From: an uncultured Gemmatimonas sp.
GTDB lineage: Bacteria > Gemmatimonadota > Gemmatimonadetes > Gemmatimonadales > Gemmatimonadaceae
Length of the DNA: 64,000 bases
Reading direction: 5' to 3'
Assembly: GCA_964416005.1 (NCBI GenBank)
Contig: CAYQCP010000006.1
Location: 20,082 to 84,081 of the forward strand
Shown here: piece by piece, positions 25,896 to 35,462 of the stretch
Layout of the letters: each line of letters starts with the position of its first letter
Numbering within the stretch: position 1 is the stretch's first letter
Notes under the pieces: generated by a model
Told to the model about the DNA's origin: nothing
What the model saw: only the letters and a program-made list of their open reading frames with translations
Databases searched by the model: none
Made by a program: the position numbers and the translations under genes

Positions 25896-26290
25896 GAGGT
25901 CCTTCCGCGCTGGGATCGGCTGCTCGTGAGGAAAGCCTGAAGCGCCGGCATGCTGACGCGATATTGCTTCCCGGCGCGCTCGGCCTCGAGATTCTTCTGG
26001 CGAATCTGCCAGCGCACGGCCTCGTCCGATACACCGAGCCTCGCGGCCACCTCCGCGACCGTCAGCCAGGCCTCTTCGGCGGCTGCCTGCTGGAAGGCGC
26101 GGTCCATTTCGCGGCAAACTCCCTGCAGCGTCTCTACCATCGGGTTGCTCGGGTTTAGCTCGTGCGCCGCCTCGGCCAGTTGACGAAGTCGGTTTGCGAG
26201 ATCGCGCATGGGTGCGGCGGCAATGACGGAGGGCCCTGGCGGGCGCGATTGTTTCATTGGTCTTTCCCCTGACACCTGGACGCGGTGCAC
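25892..26290 (-). CDS. Excisionase/MerR-like HTH protein (start uncertain)
   Basis: WLTVAEVAARLGVSDEAVRWQIRQKNLEAERAGKQYRVSMPALQAFL. Immediately upstream of the integrase and coupled to it. Confidence 0.6.
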   Translation of the reverse strand: MHRVQVSGERPMKQSRPPGPSVIAAAPMRDLANRLRQLAEAAHELNPSNPMVETLQGVCREMDRAFQQAAAEEAWLTVAEVAARLGVSDEAVRWQIRQKNLEAERAGKQYRVSMPALQAFLTSSRSQRGRTS

Positions 26291-26547
26291 TGGCCGCAGC
26301 CTCGATGGATTGGGAAAGAGCGTCCGGGCTCGCGCGTCCGCACCGGCGACATCCGCCGCGTACGGTCACCGCATTTCTCCCGCCGCCTTACTGAGTGGTC
26401 ACAACGGACCCGCACGCCGACATGAAGACGGTCCATGTCAATGTTGTAGCGTGCTGACGTGCCGAGTGTCAGCCAGCCGTAGCCTGGTCGGCGGCGCCTC
26501 TGCGGCCGCAGCTTGGGTCGATCTTGCGTTCCCGTCGACGGGCGATG

Positions 26548-27084
26548 TTATCCCGCCTCAGGCCTCGAACGACGTAACAGTGCACGAAGGGGCGCTGATC
26601 GAAGCTGCTGTCTGATGCCTGGCAGCAGCATCTCGTGTCCCATGAAGAAGTCGGCCCACCTTTCGGCATCGACGCCGCATTGGAGACCGTGCACCCACAG
26701 GCCACCGACTTGTTGTTGGATCCGATCGGGATTGTACGGGGACCTCAGTCGACGCGTGTGTAGGTCCCAAGCGATTCTCCCGTGCCAGGCGACGGAACCG
26801 TCCTCTTCGAAGATCGTCAGGACGTCGCCCTCCTCCAGGACGTACAGGTTGTCGTACGAGCGTTCCGTAGCGCTCCAGTCGGTCACCAACGACCAGTAGA
26901 CGCCCTCCGTTCCGGTCTCCCACCAAGCATAGAGATGGCCGTCGAGGCGCTCGGCGTCGCGGTGGTCCGTGGTAGCCTCCTTCGGATTGCGCCCGCTTGC
27001 CAGGCGAGGCGGGCGGACCTGCTGATCAATCTGGGCTCTCCGTAAAAGACTGTGGAATTGGCACGCGCCGGTAGGATGGTAGTA
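26548..27084 (-). pseudogene. Trp-rich ORF without a canonical start (possible 5'-truncated gene at island border)
   Basis: Open frame from the stop at 27085-27087 down to 26548. It reads ...EATTDHRDAERLDGHLYAWWETGTEGVYWSLVTDWSATERSYDNLYVLEEGDVLTIFEEDGSVAWHGRI.... The frame has no ATG or GTG, only a TTG at 26889 (the track start). Confidence 0.4.
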
Positions 27085-27246
27085 TCATTGTGAAATCGTA
27101 AAATAGTGTGTATGCCGTTCTTCTGGAGGTGCCGTGGTGGCATGAACTGGCGAAAAGAGTGCCAGCGCCAACCCCACCGTCTGGCAACGACGGATCGATC
27201 CCCGCGGCACCAAGGACTGGCGCCGCCCTGGTGACTGCAATACCAT

Positions 27247-27858
27247 TTGCGTACAATGAGTTCTGTCAATCATCGCGAAGCCATCCTTTCCGCCGCCGCG
27301 CAGCTGTTCGCTCGTTTCGGCTACCGGAAGACGTCCATCGAGGACGTCGCGAAGCGTGCGCGTATCGGAAAGGGAACGATCTATCTCTACTTCGCGACCA
27401 AGGAAGATCTCTTCGGCGCAATCGCGCACCAGATCTGGGGAAATGTGCTGCTCGAACTCGCGGCAGCGGTGAAGCGGGCTCGGACGCCGGAGGCCAAACT
27501 CCGCGCGTACGTGCAGGGGCGTGCCCACCAGCTGATCCGTGTGACCAAGGACTTGAAGGTCCAGCACGACCTCGCCCTTGAGTTGCAGGAGGCTGCCGCC
27601 CCGTTTCTCAAGGAGCTCTGGGAGGCGGAGCGAGGGTTGCTGGAGGGCATCCTCGTCGAGGGCAACGCGGCCAACGCCTTCGTTGTGCGGCATCCTCACG
27701 CCCTGGCACTCGCCATGCAAACCGTGGTGCGTGGGCTGGAGCGGTCGATGATCGACCCGCAGAATGGCCCTGAGCTTCGTCGAGCCATCGACGATCTCCT
27801 GGACGTGCTGGTCCGCGGCATTACCTCGACTGCAGGTCCGGTTCCCGACCAGGCATGA
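27247..27858 (+). CDS. TetR-family transcriptional regulator
   Basis: AAAQLFARFGYRKTSIEDVAKRARIGKGTIYLYFATKEDLF. Confidence 0.9.
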   Translation: MRTMSSVNHREAILSAAAQLFARFGYRKTSIEDVAKRARIGKGTIYLYFATKEDLFGAIAHQIWGNVLLELAAAVKRARTPEAKLRAYVQGRAHQLIRVTKDLKVQHDLALELQEAAAPFLKELWEAERGLLEGILVEGNAANAFVVRHPHALALAMQTVVRGLERSMIDPQNGPELRRAIDDLLDVLVRGITSTAGPVPDQA

Positions 27859-28054
27859 GGTAGATGACATACAGATTGCACAACGACCAACGTTGCGCGT
27901 GCTAATGACCAGAGAACCTGTTCAGACCATTCAGTCACCACGGAACCTCATCCCCCGCTCCGCATCCCGGGAAGCTGCCCAAGGACGAATGATGAAATCC
28001 AGAGACGCAAGGAAGACAATGCCCGCATGTATCGGCGAGACGAGAATCCCCGGC

Positions 28055-29107
28055 ATGCGGCGTTTTATGCCGCGACCGGTCTTCCTCACCATACTCGTCG
28101 CCAGCTTGGCCGCCTGCCGCGGCGAGCAATCCGCTGCACCGCCGCCGCCGCTCGTTGAGTTGGCAACTGCGGTCGTCGACGGTTCCGGCGAAGACATCAG
28201 CTTGAGCGGCACGATCGAGGCCGAACGGACGACACCGCTCGATTTTCCGGTCGTCGGGACGATCGAGGAACTCTCTGTTCACGAAGGACAGGTCGTCCAA
28301 CGCGGTCAGGTGCTGGGGCGGCTCAAGACGCGCTCCTACGAGGATGCCCTCGCAATCGCCGTCGCCAAGTCGGATCAGGCAGAGGATGCGCTGCGGCGGC
28401 TGGAACCCATGCACCGCAATCGCACGATCGCCGACGTGAAGTGGGTCGAGGTGCAGACGGGTGTGCAGCAGGCAAGGCACGCACGCTCGCTGGCCCAGAA
28501 AAACCTGGATGACTGCGTCTTGCGCGCACCGGTCGATGGCACGGTCACTAGCCGGAGCGCGGAGCCCGGCATGTCGGCCATGCCCGGGCGACCGGTGCTC
28601 GTCCTCGTCTCCACGCGGGTCGTTCGTGCGACCGCCCCAGTGCCATCAGGACAGGTCTCGCGCCTGCGGGTAGGTCAGGCAGTCTCTGTTCGCGTGGACG
28701 CGGTCGGAACGGGCCGATCCGGGGAGATCGTCGAGATCGGAGTGGCCGCCGATCCCTTGACTCGAACCTACCCGGTGAAGGTGCGCCTCGCCAACGCCGA
28801 CGGCGCACTGCGCATCGGCATGGTGGCCGAGCTCCGCGTGCGGGTGGCGGGAGCCGCGAGCGCGGTGGTGGTGCCGCGCGAGGCGGTGCGGATGGACGAC
28901 AGCGGGAAGCCCGTCGTCTATGTCGTCCGTGGCGACGTGGTACGGTACCAGACGGTCGACGTCGCTGGCTACCGCGGCGAGTACATCGCCATCTCGCGGG
29001 GGCTCTCCGCTGGCGATCGCGTGGTCACGTCGGGCACGCCGATGCTGGCGGACGGCATCAAGATTCGCGTGGCTAGTTCTCCAGTCAGCGGAGCGCGCGC
29101 CCGATGA
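28055..29107 (+). CDS. RND efflux membrane fusion (periplasmic adaptor) lipoprotein
   Basis: Internal ATG gives MRRFMPRPVFLTILVASLAAC (lipobox). HlyD-like segments VHEGQVVQRGQVLGRL and CVLRAPVDGTV. Confidence 0.85.
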   Translation: MRRFMPRPVFLTILVASLAACRGEQSAAPPPPLVELATAVVDGSGEDISLSGTIEAERTTPLDFPVVGTIEELSVHEGQVVQRGQVLGRLKTRSYEDALAIAVAKSDQAEDALRRLEPMHRNRTIADVKWVEVQTGVQQARHARSLAQKNLDDCVLRAPVDGTVTSRSAEPGMSAMPGRPVLVLVSTRVVRATAPVPSGQVSRLRVGQAVSVRVDAVGTGRSGEIVEIGVAADPLTRTYPVKVRLANADGALRIGMVAELRVRVAGAASAVVVPREAVRMDDSGKPVVYVVRGDVVRYQTVDVAGYRGEYIAISRGLSAGDRVVTSGTPMLADGIKIRVASSPVSGARAR

Positions 29108-32100
29108 AGGCCCACAACCTCATCGAGCGCGCCATGATCGAATGGCGCATCGTGGTCACGCTCGTCGCCGGCCTGGCGATTTTCGGTACCGTCTCGTTCC
29201 TGACCATGCCGCGGCAGGAGTTTCCGGCGTTCACCGTCCGACAGGGACTCGTGGTCGGGATCATGCCGGGTGCCACCTCCGCCGAGGTCGAGGAGCGCCT
29301 CGCCAAGCCGGTGGAGGACTTCCTCTTCAGCTTCGAAGAGGTCAACAAGCTGAAGACCTACTCGCTGTCCAAGGAAGGGCAGCTCATTGTCTTCGTCGAG
29401 CTGAATGACCGGGTGGCTGGGCTGGCTGCGGACGCGTTTTGGGCGAAGCTGCGACTCGGCCTCACCGAACTGCGGGAGCAGAGCCTGCCGCCGCAGGTGG
29501 TGGCACTCGTGGGTAACAACGACTTCGGCGATACGAGCGCGCTCCTGCTCACGCTGACGGCGGAGGGACACAGCGCACGCGACCTGCAGTCCCAGTTGGA
29601 GGTCGTCGAGGCGCAGTTGCGTCGGCTCCCCGGAACGTCCAGGCTCCGACGCTTCGGCATGCAGCGCGAGGTGATCCGCGTCACCCTCTCCAGCGAACGC
29701 CTTTCACACTACGGCGTACGCCCGGCGACGGTCTGGCTGGCGCTGCAGGGGACGGCGGGCCAGCCGGCGCCAGCCCGCCTCGACACCAAGACGCTCGAAC
29801 TGCCCGTGCATGTGGGCGCGGTGCTTCGATCCGAGGACAAGCTCGCGCAGACCATCGTGTTCTCTTCGCCAACGGGATCGCACGTTCGGCTGACGGACGT
29901 GGCGAACATTCGGCGTGAATACGGGCACGACGACGCGTTCGTCCGCTTTGACGGAAAGCAGGCGGTGGTCTTGTCGGTCGAGATGCAGAAGGGGCACAAC
30001 ATCACGACCTTCGGCCGGGAGGTGGACGTGGCGTTGACCGAAGCGCGCCGTGAGCTTCCGCCGACGGTCAGGATCGCCCGTGTGGTCGATCAGCCACAGG
30101 TCGTGGCGGTCGCGGTGGGCCACTTCTTGCGTGACTTTGGGCTGGCAATTGCGGCGGTGATCGCCATGACCATGCTGCTCTTGCCCCTGCGCGTCGCGAT
30201 GGTGGCGGCGGTCTCGATCCCGATCTCCATCCTGATCACCCTGGGCGTGCTCAATGCCCTCGACATACAGCTGCAGACGGTGTCCCTGGCCGGCCTCATC
30301 GTCGTCCTCGGCATGGTGGTGGACAACGCGATCGTCATCATCGACGATCATGTCGAACGGCTCGATCATGGCGTCGACGTGTGGACTGCGGCGAGGGAAA
30401 GCGCGACCAGCCTGGCCGGCCCTGTCTTCAGTGCCACGCTAGCCATCGTCATGGCGTACGTGCCGCTGGCGTGGTTTCTGAAGGGAATGGGCGGCGAGTT
30501 CATCGGGAGCCTGCCCGTCACCATCGCCGTGGCACTCGGCGCCAGTCTTCTGGTCGCCGTCTTCCTCCTGCCCATCCTCAACGTCCGGTTCATTCGTCAC
30601 GGACTCCACCGGCCGGATGGCGATGAGCGCGCGACCGTCCTCGATCACGTGCGGGCCCTCTACAGCCGGAGCCTCGAACGGGCCTTCCAGTGGCCGCTGC
30701 TCGCGATCGGGGCCGGCGTTGGCTCGGTGGTGGCGGCGGCGGTGCTCGGCTTCTTCATGCCGCAGCAGCTCTTCCCGAAGGTCGACCGCAACCAGTTCGC
30801 GGTCGAGATCTATCTGCCCAGTGGCCGTCCGCTGGCCCTGACGGATGGCGTCGCCCGCCGCGTGGAGCGCGAGTTGCTCCGAGACCCGCGCGTGACGCAC
30901 GTGACGTCGTTCATCGGCACGAGTTCGCCGCGCTTCCACACCACGTACATGCCGAATATGCCGTCGCGGCAGTTCGCCCAGCTCCTGGTGAGCACGGTGA
31001 GCGACGAAGCAACGGTCGAGGTGCTGCACGAATACGAACAGCGCCACCGGAATGGTTTTCCGGAAGGCTGGGTGCGCTGGAAACAGCTCGACCTCCAGGC
31101 CACGAGTGCGCCGATCGAAGTCCGCCTTTCCGGAAGTGACATTCCGCCGCTGCGGCAGCTGGCCGTGCGGCTTGAAGCCGCGGCGCGCGCGATCCCCGGC
31201 GTTACGTGGATCCGCAACGATTTCGGCGAGCCGGTGCAGGGAGTGAGCGTTCTGCCAGACGCGGACAACGCCGCGCGCCTCGGCGTGTCGTCCGCCAGCC
31301 TCCAGGCCTCGCTCACTGTCGGAAGCAGCCTTGGCTTGCCAATCGCCACCCTCTGGGAACAGGCCGACCCCATTCGGGTCATGCTCGGCGAGGATCCGCG
31401 CGAGTCGCAGACCATGCAGGGCTTCCGCCGGCAGTACGTCTCGTCGATGCTGGCCGGCGCCGCCGTGCCAATCGAAGAGGTGGCTCGAGTTCGGCCAGAT
31501 TGGAACGAGGAGGCGATCGTGCACCGTAACGGGGTGCGCACGCTGACCGTGCGTGTCGATGTCGGACCCGGGACCCTGGCGTCAGACGTCGAACGCAAGC
31601 TGGACCGTGCCATCAAGGCGATGGGGCCGACGCCCGGCATCCGGATCGGCTGGGGCGGCGAACGGGAGGGCACCGTGGAGAACTACACACCCATGTCGGT
31701 CTCAATGGCCGCGAGCGTGGCCATCATCTACCTCATCCTGCTCTTCGAGTTTGGACGGCATCGGCTGGTCCTGCTCGTGATGGTCACGATGCCGCTCGCG
31801 CTGTTCGGTGCCGTGCTTGGACTGAGGCTCACGGGAAACGCCTTCGGATTCACGTCCTTCCTGGGCGTCATCAGCCTCATGGGCATCGTTGTCCGCAACG
31901 GAATCATCCTCGTGGGATACGCCGAAGAGCTTCGCGCGCAGGGAATGTCCAGTCGGGACGCTGCCTTGGCCGCGGGGATGCGTCGCATGCGGCCCATCGT
32001 GCTCACGTCGGCGGCGGCGGCCGTCGGCGTGGTGCCGATGATCCTGAGTGGTTCCACGCTGTGGGGTCCGCTCGGCGCCGTGACCTTCTTTGGCCTGATC

Positions 32101-33561
32101 TTCTCGACGCTGCTGACCTTGATCGTGCTGCCGGTCGCCTACTGGTTGATGGTGCGGAGCGCCCCGGTCCGCCAGTCGGTGGTGGCAGCCGTGACAGGCG
32201 TCCTGTTGGTCGTCTCGCTGGGCGCACTTCCCTCCGCGGTCGGCGCCCAATCTGGACCGCTGACGCTCGAACAGGTGCGACGCTTGGCCGCGCGCAGTGC
32301 GCCAAAGGTTCGGCAGGCACAGGAAGAAGCGACGGCGGCCGAGCAGACGCGCCGTGCCGCGTTTACGAGTTTCTTCCCGACGGTGTCATCAGCCGCGGTG
32401 GCCGTGGCGGCACGCACGCCACTCGTGAACGTGAACCTACCTGGCGGTGACCTGGCCGTGAACGACGCGAGTGGCGCGTCCACCGGGAACGTCACCAACT
32501 TTCCCGGCGTCAGCATGGCGCTGGCTGACCGCGTTCGCGTCCTGACGTTGACTGCCGTGCAACCACTCTTCGTTGGGGGGCGCGTCGTCAACGGCAATCG
32601 GCTGGCCGCGCTGGGTGTGGCCGTGGCCGAGGACAAGGCCGCCCTCGCCCGGCGCGACGCGGTCGCCCAGGCCGAGGAGAAATACTGGCGGTTGGTGACG
32701 CTGGGCCAGAAGGACCAGACGCTGCGTTCTTACCAGGCGCTGCTCGCCGACTTGGAACGCCAGGCGCGCGATGCGGTGGCAGCTGGACTGGTGACGTCCA
32801 ACGACCTCCTCAAGGTGCGACTGAAGCTGCAGGAAGCCGAGGTCGATCAGTTGCGCCTGGAAAGCGGCCGACGGCTGGCCACTCGCGATCTGAGGCTGCA
32901 CCTGGGCTTGCAGGATGCGTCGCCGGTGGTCGTGACTGATACCGTGCCGGAGCCGCCCGCAGACGACGCGCCGCCGGTCGAGGAGCGACCGGCGGTGGTG
33001 GCGCAACGCCCAGAGCTTCGATTGCTCGGACTGGCGGTTCGCGCCGAGGCCCTGCAGACCGCGCTGGCGATTGGGAGCGCGTTGCCCGCGGTGTCGGTGG
33101 GCGCACAGTTGTTGCGCTACGACCTTGGCGGGCTCGGTACGCGCGGGGATGCCCTGGTCTTTGCCACCGTCAGCGTGCCGCTCACGGGCGTGTGGAAAAC
33201 CGCGCACGAGGTGCGTGGTGGCCAGGCGCGCGAGCGTCTGGCCGCGATGCAGTTGACCGAAGCGCGCGATCTTGTGGCGCTGGAAATCGCGAAGCGAAAG
33301 GACGACCTCAAGGCCGCCTGGCAAGCCGCGCGGGTGGCAGATTTCGGCGTGCAGCAGGCCACGGTGAACTTGCGGGAAGCCTCCGACCGCTCGGCTGGCG
33401 GGCTGGCGACGCTGTCCGACCTTCTTGAAGCCCAAGTCCTTCATCGCCAGGCGACTGACCGGCGGACTGACGCGCGGGTTGAGTACTGGCTGGCCTTGTC
33501 CGCCTTCCGGCGCGCCGTGGGGGCGGAGGAACTGCCGTTGACCGAGGCGCGGGTACCCTGA
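29104..33561 (+). CDS. RND (AcrB-type) inner-membrane pump fused in frame to a TolC-like outer-membrane factor
   Basis: One uninterrupted 1485-codon ORF. Residues 1 to ~1015 are AcrB-like (MKAHNLIERAMIEWRIVVTL...TLIVLPVAYWL). From ATG 32149: MVRSAPVRQSVVAAVTGVLLVVSLGALPSAVGA-QSGPLTLEQVRRLA..., i.e. a signal peptide plus OEP repeats running to the stop. Confidence 0.85.
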   Translation: MKAHNLIERAMIEWRIVVTLVAGLAIFGTVSFLTMPRQEFPAFTVRQGLVVGIMPGATSAEVEERLAKPVEDFLFSFEEVNKLKTYSLSKEGQLIVFVELNDRVAGLAADAFWAKLRLGLTELREQSLPPQVVALVGNNDFGDTSALLLTLTAEGHSARDLQSQLEVVEAQLRRLPGTSRLRRFGMQREVIRVTLSSERLSHYGVRPATVWLALQGTAGQPAPARLDTKTLELPVHVGAVLRSEDKLAQTIVFSSPTGSHVRLTDVANIRREYGHDDAFVRFDGKQAVVLSVEMQKGHNITTFGREVDVALTEARRELPPTVRIARVVDQPQVVAVAVGHFLRDFGLAIAAVIAMTMLLLPLRVAMVAAVSIPISILITLGVLNALDIQLQTVSLAGLIVVLGMVVDNAIVIIDDHVERLDHGVDVWTAARESATSLAGPVFSATLAIVMAYVPLAWFLKGMGGEFIGSLPVTIAVALGASLLVAVFLLPILNVRFIRHGLHRPDGDERATVLDHVRALYSRSLERAFQWPLLAIGAGVGSVVAAAVLGFFMPQQLFPKVDRNQFAVEIYLPSGRPLALTDGVARRVERELLRDPRVTHVTSFIGTSSPRFHTTYMPNMPSRQFAQLLVSTVSDEATVEVLHEYEQRHRNGFPEGWVRWKQLDLQATSAPIEVRLSGSDIPPLRQLAVRLEAAARAIPGVTWIRNDFGEPVQGVSVLPDADNAARLGVSSASLQASLTVGSSLGLPIATLWEQADPIRVMLGEDPRESQTMQGFRRQYVSSMLAGAAVPIEEVARVRPDWNEEAIVHRNGVRTLTVRVDVGPGTLASDVERKLDRAIKAMGPTPGIRIGWGGEREGTVENYTPMSVSMAASVAIIYLILLFEFGRHRLVLLVMVTMPLALFGAVLGLRLTGNAFGFTSFLGVISLMGIVVRNGIILVGYAEELRAQGMSSRDAALAAGMRRMRPIVLTSAAAAVGVVPMILSGSTLWGPLGAVTFFGLIFSTLLTLIVLPVAYWLMVRSAPVRQSVVAAVTGVLLVVSLGALPSAVGAQSGPLTLEQVRRLAARSAPKVRQAQEEATAAEQTRRAAFTSFFPTVSSAAVAVAARTPLVNVNLPGGDLAVNDASGASTGNVTNFPGVSMALADRVRVLTLTAVQPLFVGGRVVNGNRLAALGVAVAEDKAALARRDAVAQAEEKYWRLVTLGQKDQTLRSYQALLADLERQARDAVAAGLVTSNDLLKVRLKLQEAEVDQLRLESGRRLATRDLRLHLGLQDASPVVVTDTVPEPPADDAPPVEERPAVVAQRPELRLLGLAVRAEALQTALAIGSALPAVSVGAQLLRYDLGGLGTRGDALVFATVSVPLTGVWKTAHEVRGGQARERLAAMQLTEARDLVALEIAKRKDDLKAAWQAARVADFGVQQATVNLREASDRSAGGLATLSDLLEAQVLHRQATDRRTDARVEYWLALSAFRRAVGAEELPLTEARVP

Positions 33562-33638
33562 GTCCGTGGGCTTGTCCGTTTGCGCCTGCTCGACAGCGTG
33601 GGCGCTTCCATTCTGCTGCCGGGGCCCTCGCGGTTGTT

Positions 33639-35462
33639 CTACTGCTTGCCCAACATCCTCAGCACGCCCAGCGACATCCACGGCATGTAGGTGATCAGCA
33701 GGACGCCCACGCCCGTGATGATCAGGAACGGCAGGATGTGCCGGTACAGGCTCGTCAGCGGCTTGTTGAACCGCGACGATGACAGGAAGAGGTTCAGACC
33801 GACAGGCGGCATGAGGAACCCCAGCTCGAGATTGGCGAGGAAGATCACGCCGAGGTGGATGGGGTTCACCCCGAACGCCGCGCCCATCGGGGCGATCAGC
33901 GGCGCGAGGATGATGATCGCCGAGTAGATCTCGAGCACGCTGCCGAGCACGAGCAGCAGCCCGTTGAGCGCCAGCAGGAAAACCACCTGCGAGTGGATGT
34001 GCACCTGCACCCACGCGAGGATGGCGTCGGGGATCATGGCGTCGACCAGGTAGTTGGTCAGCCCCATGGCGACCGACAGGAGGATCAGCACCGCGCCCAT
34101 CAGCGCCGCCGCCTTGAGCAGCACGTCGGGCAGCCCGGAGAACGGCTTGATGTCTCTGGTGATGAAGCACTCCACGATGACCGTGTACGCCAGCGCCGCC
34201 GCCGCGGTCTCGATCATCGTCGCCGAGCCGGTAAGGAAGAGCGCGACGATCATCACGGGGAGCATCACTTCCCACTTGGCGAGCCAGGCCGAGGCCGCCA
34301 CCTCGCGCCACGAGAACGGGATCTTCTCGCGCTGCACGTGCCGTCCGACGAGGATGCCGTAGCCGGCGGTGAGGACCACTAGCAGCAGGCCGGGCAGCAG
34401 GCCGGCAAGGAAGAGCTGGTCGGCCGGCACCGTCGCATCGCGCGAACTGGCCACCACGCTGTACAGGATCACCGGCAGGCTGGGCGGGAAGAGCAGGCCC
34501 AGCGAGCCCGATGCCGTCACGAGGCCGAGCGAGAAGCCCTCGGAGTATCCGTCCTTCCGCAAGATGGGGTACACCAGCCCGCCGAGGGCGATGATGGTGA
34601 TGCCCGACCCGCCGGTGAACGTCGTGAACAGCGCGCACACCATCACCACCATGATGGCGATACCGCCGGGCATCCAGCCGAACAACGCGCGGAAGAACCG
34701 GACGAGCCGCTCGGCCGCGGCGCTCTCCGCCAGCACGTACCCCGCGGCCGTCAGCAGGGGGATGGCCGGCAGTGTCGGCGATGCGATCAGCCGGTAGACT
34801 TCGGCCGACACGGCTGCCACCGGGGTGCTCTCGCTGAAGAACATCACGATCGCAATGCCGCCCATGGCGACGAACACTGGCGCACCGAGCAGGGCGGCGC
34901 CAAGCACCACCAGGGCCAGCGGCCAGAGATGGGTCGCCACGTCCGGCGGCACCAGGCCGATGGCGAAAGCGCCTCCGACGGCCGCGAGCGCGACGCCGCG
35001 GCCCCACCACTGGTCCGACGCATTCCACACGAACTGCAGCGCCATGATGCCCATCGACACGGGCATGATGATCTCGCTCACCCATTCGGGGATGCCGATG
35101 GGCAGCATCTTGGGCTCGAGCCGATTGGCCAGCACCACCTGCGCGCTGGCGTAGGCGAGGATGCCGACGACCGCAGCGGCCACCGAGTAGGCCGTCAGCC
35201 GGGACATGCGCCGCAGCAGGCCCTCGTCGAAGAACTCCGATGTCGAGAGCGTCAGGTGCTTGGCCTGGCTCGTCGCCGCCATGCCGCCGACGAACGCGAG
35301 CCAGAGCGTCAGCTGCTGCAGGTACGCCGCCGAGCCGTAAAGGTGGAATCCGCCCAGCGGCCGGCCAATCGCGTCGATCAACGGAAGGAGGGTGGCCAGG
35401 CCGAGCGTGGCCACCAAGATTCCTTTTTCCGTGCGCCTGAATAGCGCGGACAGGATCTTCAC
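33639..35462 (-). CDS. TRAP transporter fused small/large permease (DctQM-type)
   Basis: 607-aa polytopic membrane protein. Overlaps the DctP stop by 4 nt. Typical DctM segments: [17 protein letters not shown] and [25 protein letters not shown]. Confidence 0.9.
   Translation of the reverse strand: MKILSALFRRTEKGILVATLGLATLLPLIDAIGRPLGGFHLYGSAAYLQQLTLWLAFVGGMAATSQAKHLTLSTSEFFDEGLLRRMSRLTAYSVAAAVVGILAYASAQVVLANRLEPKMLPIGIPEWVSEIIMPVSMGIMALQFVWNASDQWWGRGVALAAVGGAFAIGLVPPDVATHLWPLALVVLGAALLGAPVFVAMGGIAIVMFFSESTPVAAVSAEVYRLIASPTLPAIPLLTAAGYVLAESAAAERLVRFFRALFGWMPGGIAIMVVMVCALFTTFTGGSGITIIALGGLVYPILRKDGYSEGFSLGLVTASGSLGLLFPPSLPVILYSVVASSRDATVPADQLFLAGLLPGLLLVVLTAGYGILVGRHVQREKIPFSWREVAASAWLAKWEVMLPVMIVALFLTGSATMIETAAAALAYTVIVECFITRDIKPFSGLPDVLLKAAALMGAVLILLSVAMGLTNYLVDAMIPDAILAWVQVHIHSQVVFLLALNGLLLVLGSVLEIYSAIIILAPLIAPMGAAFGVNPIHLGVIFLANLELGFLMPPVGLNLFLSSSRFNKPLTSLYRHILPFLIITGVGVLLITYMPWMSLGVLRMLGKQ

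Larger units (their letters stand above)
3010..27100. mobile_element. Mosaic genomic island (boundaries approximate, att sites not identified)
   Basis: Serine and tyrosine recombinases, hipBA, two XRE/ImmA modules, defence-type operons and repeated local GC dips. It is flanked by a metal-efflux locus and a TetR-RND locus. Confidence 0.5.
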
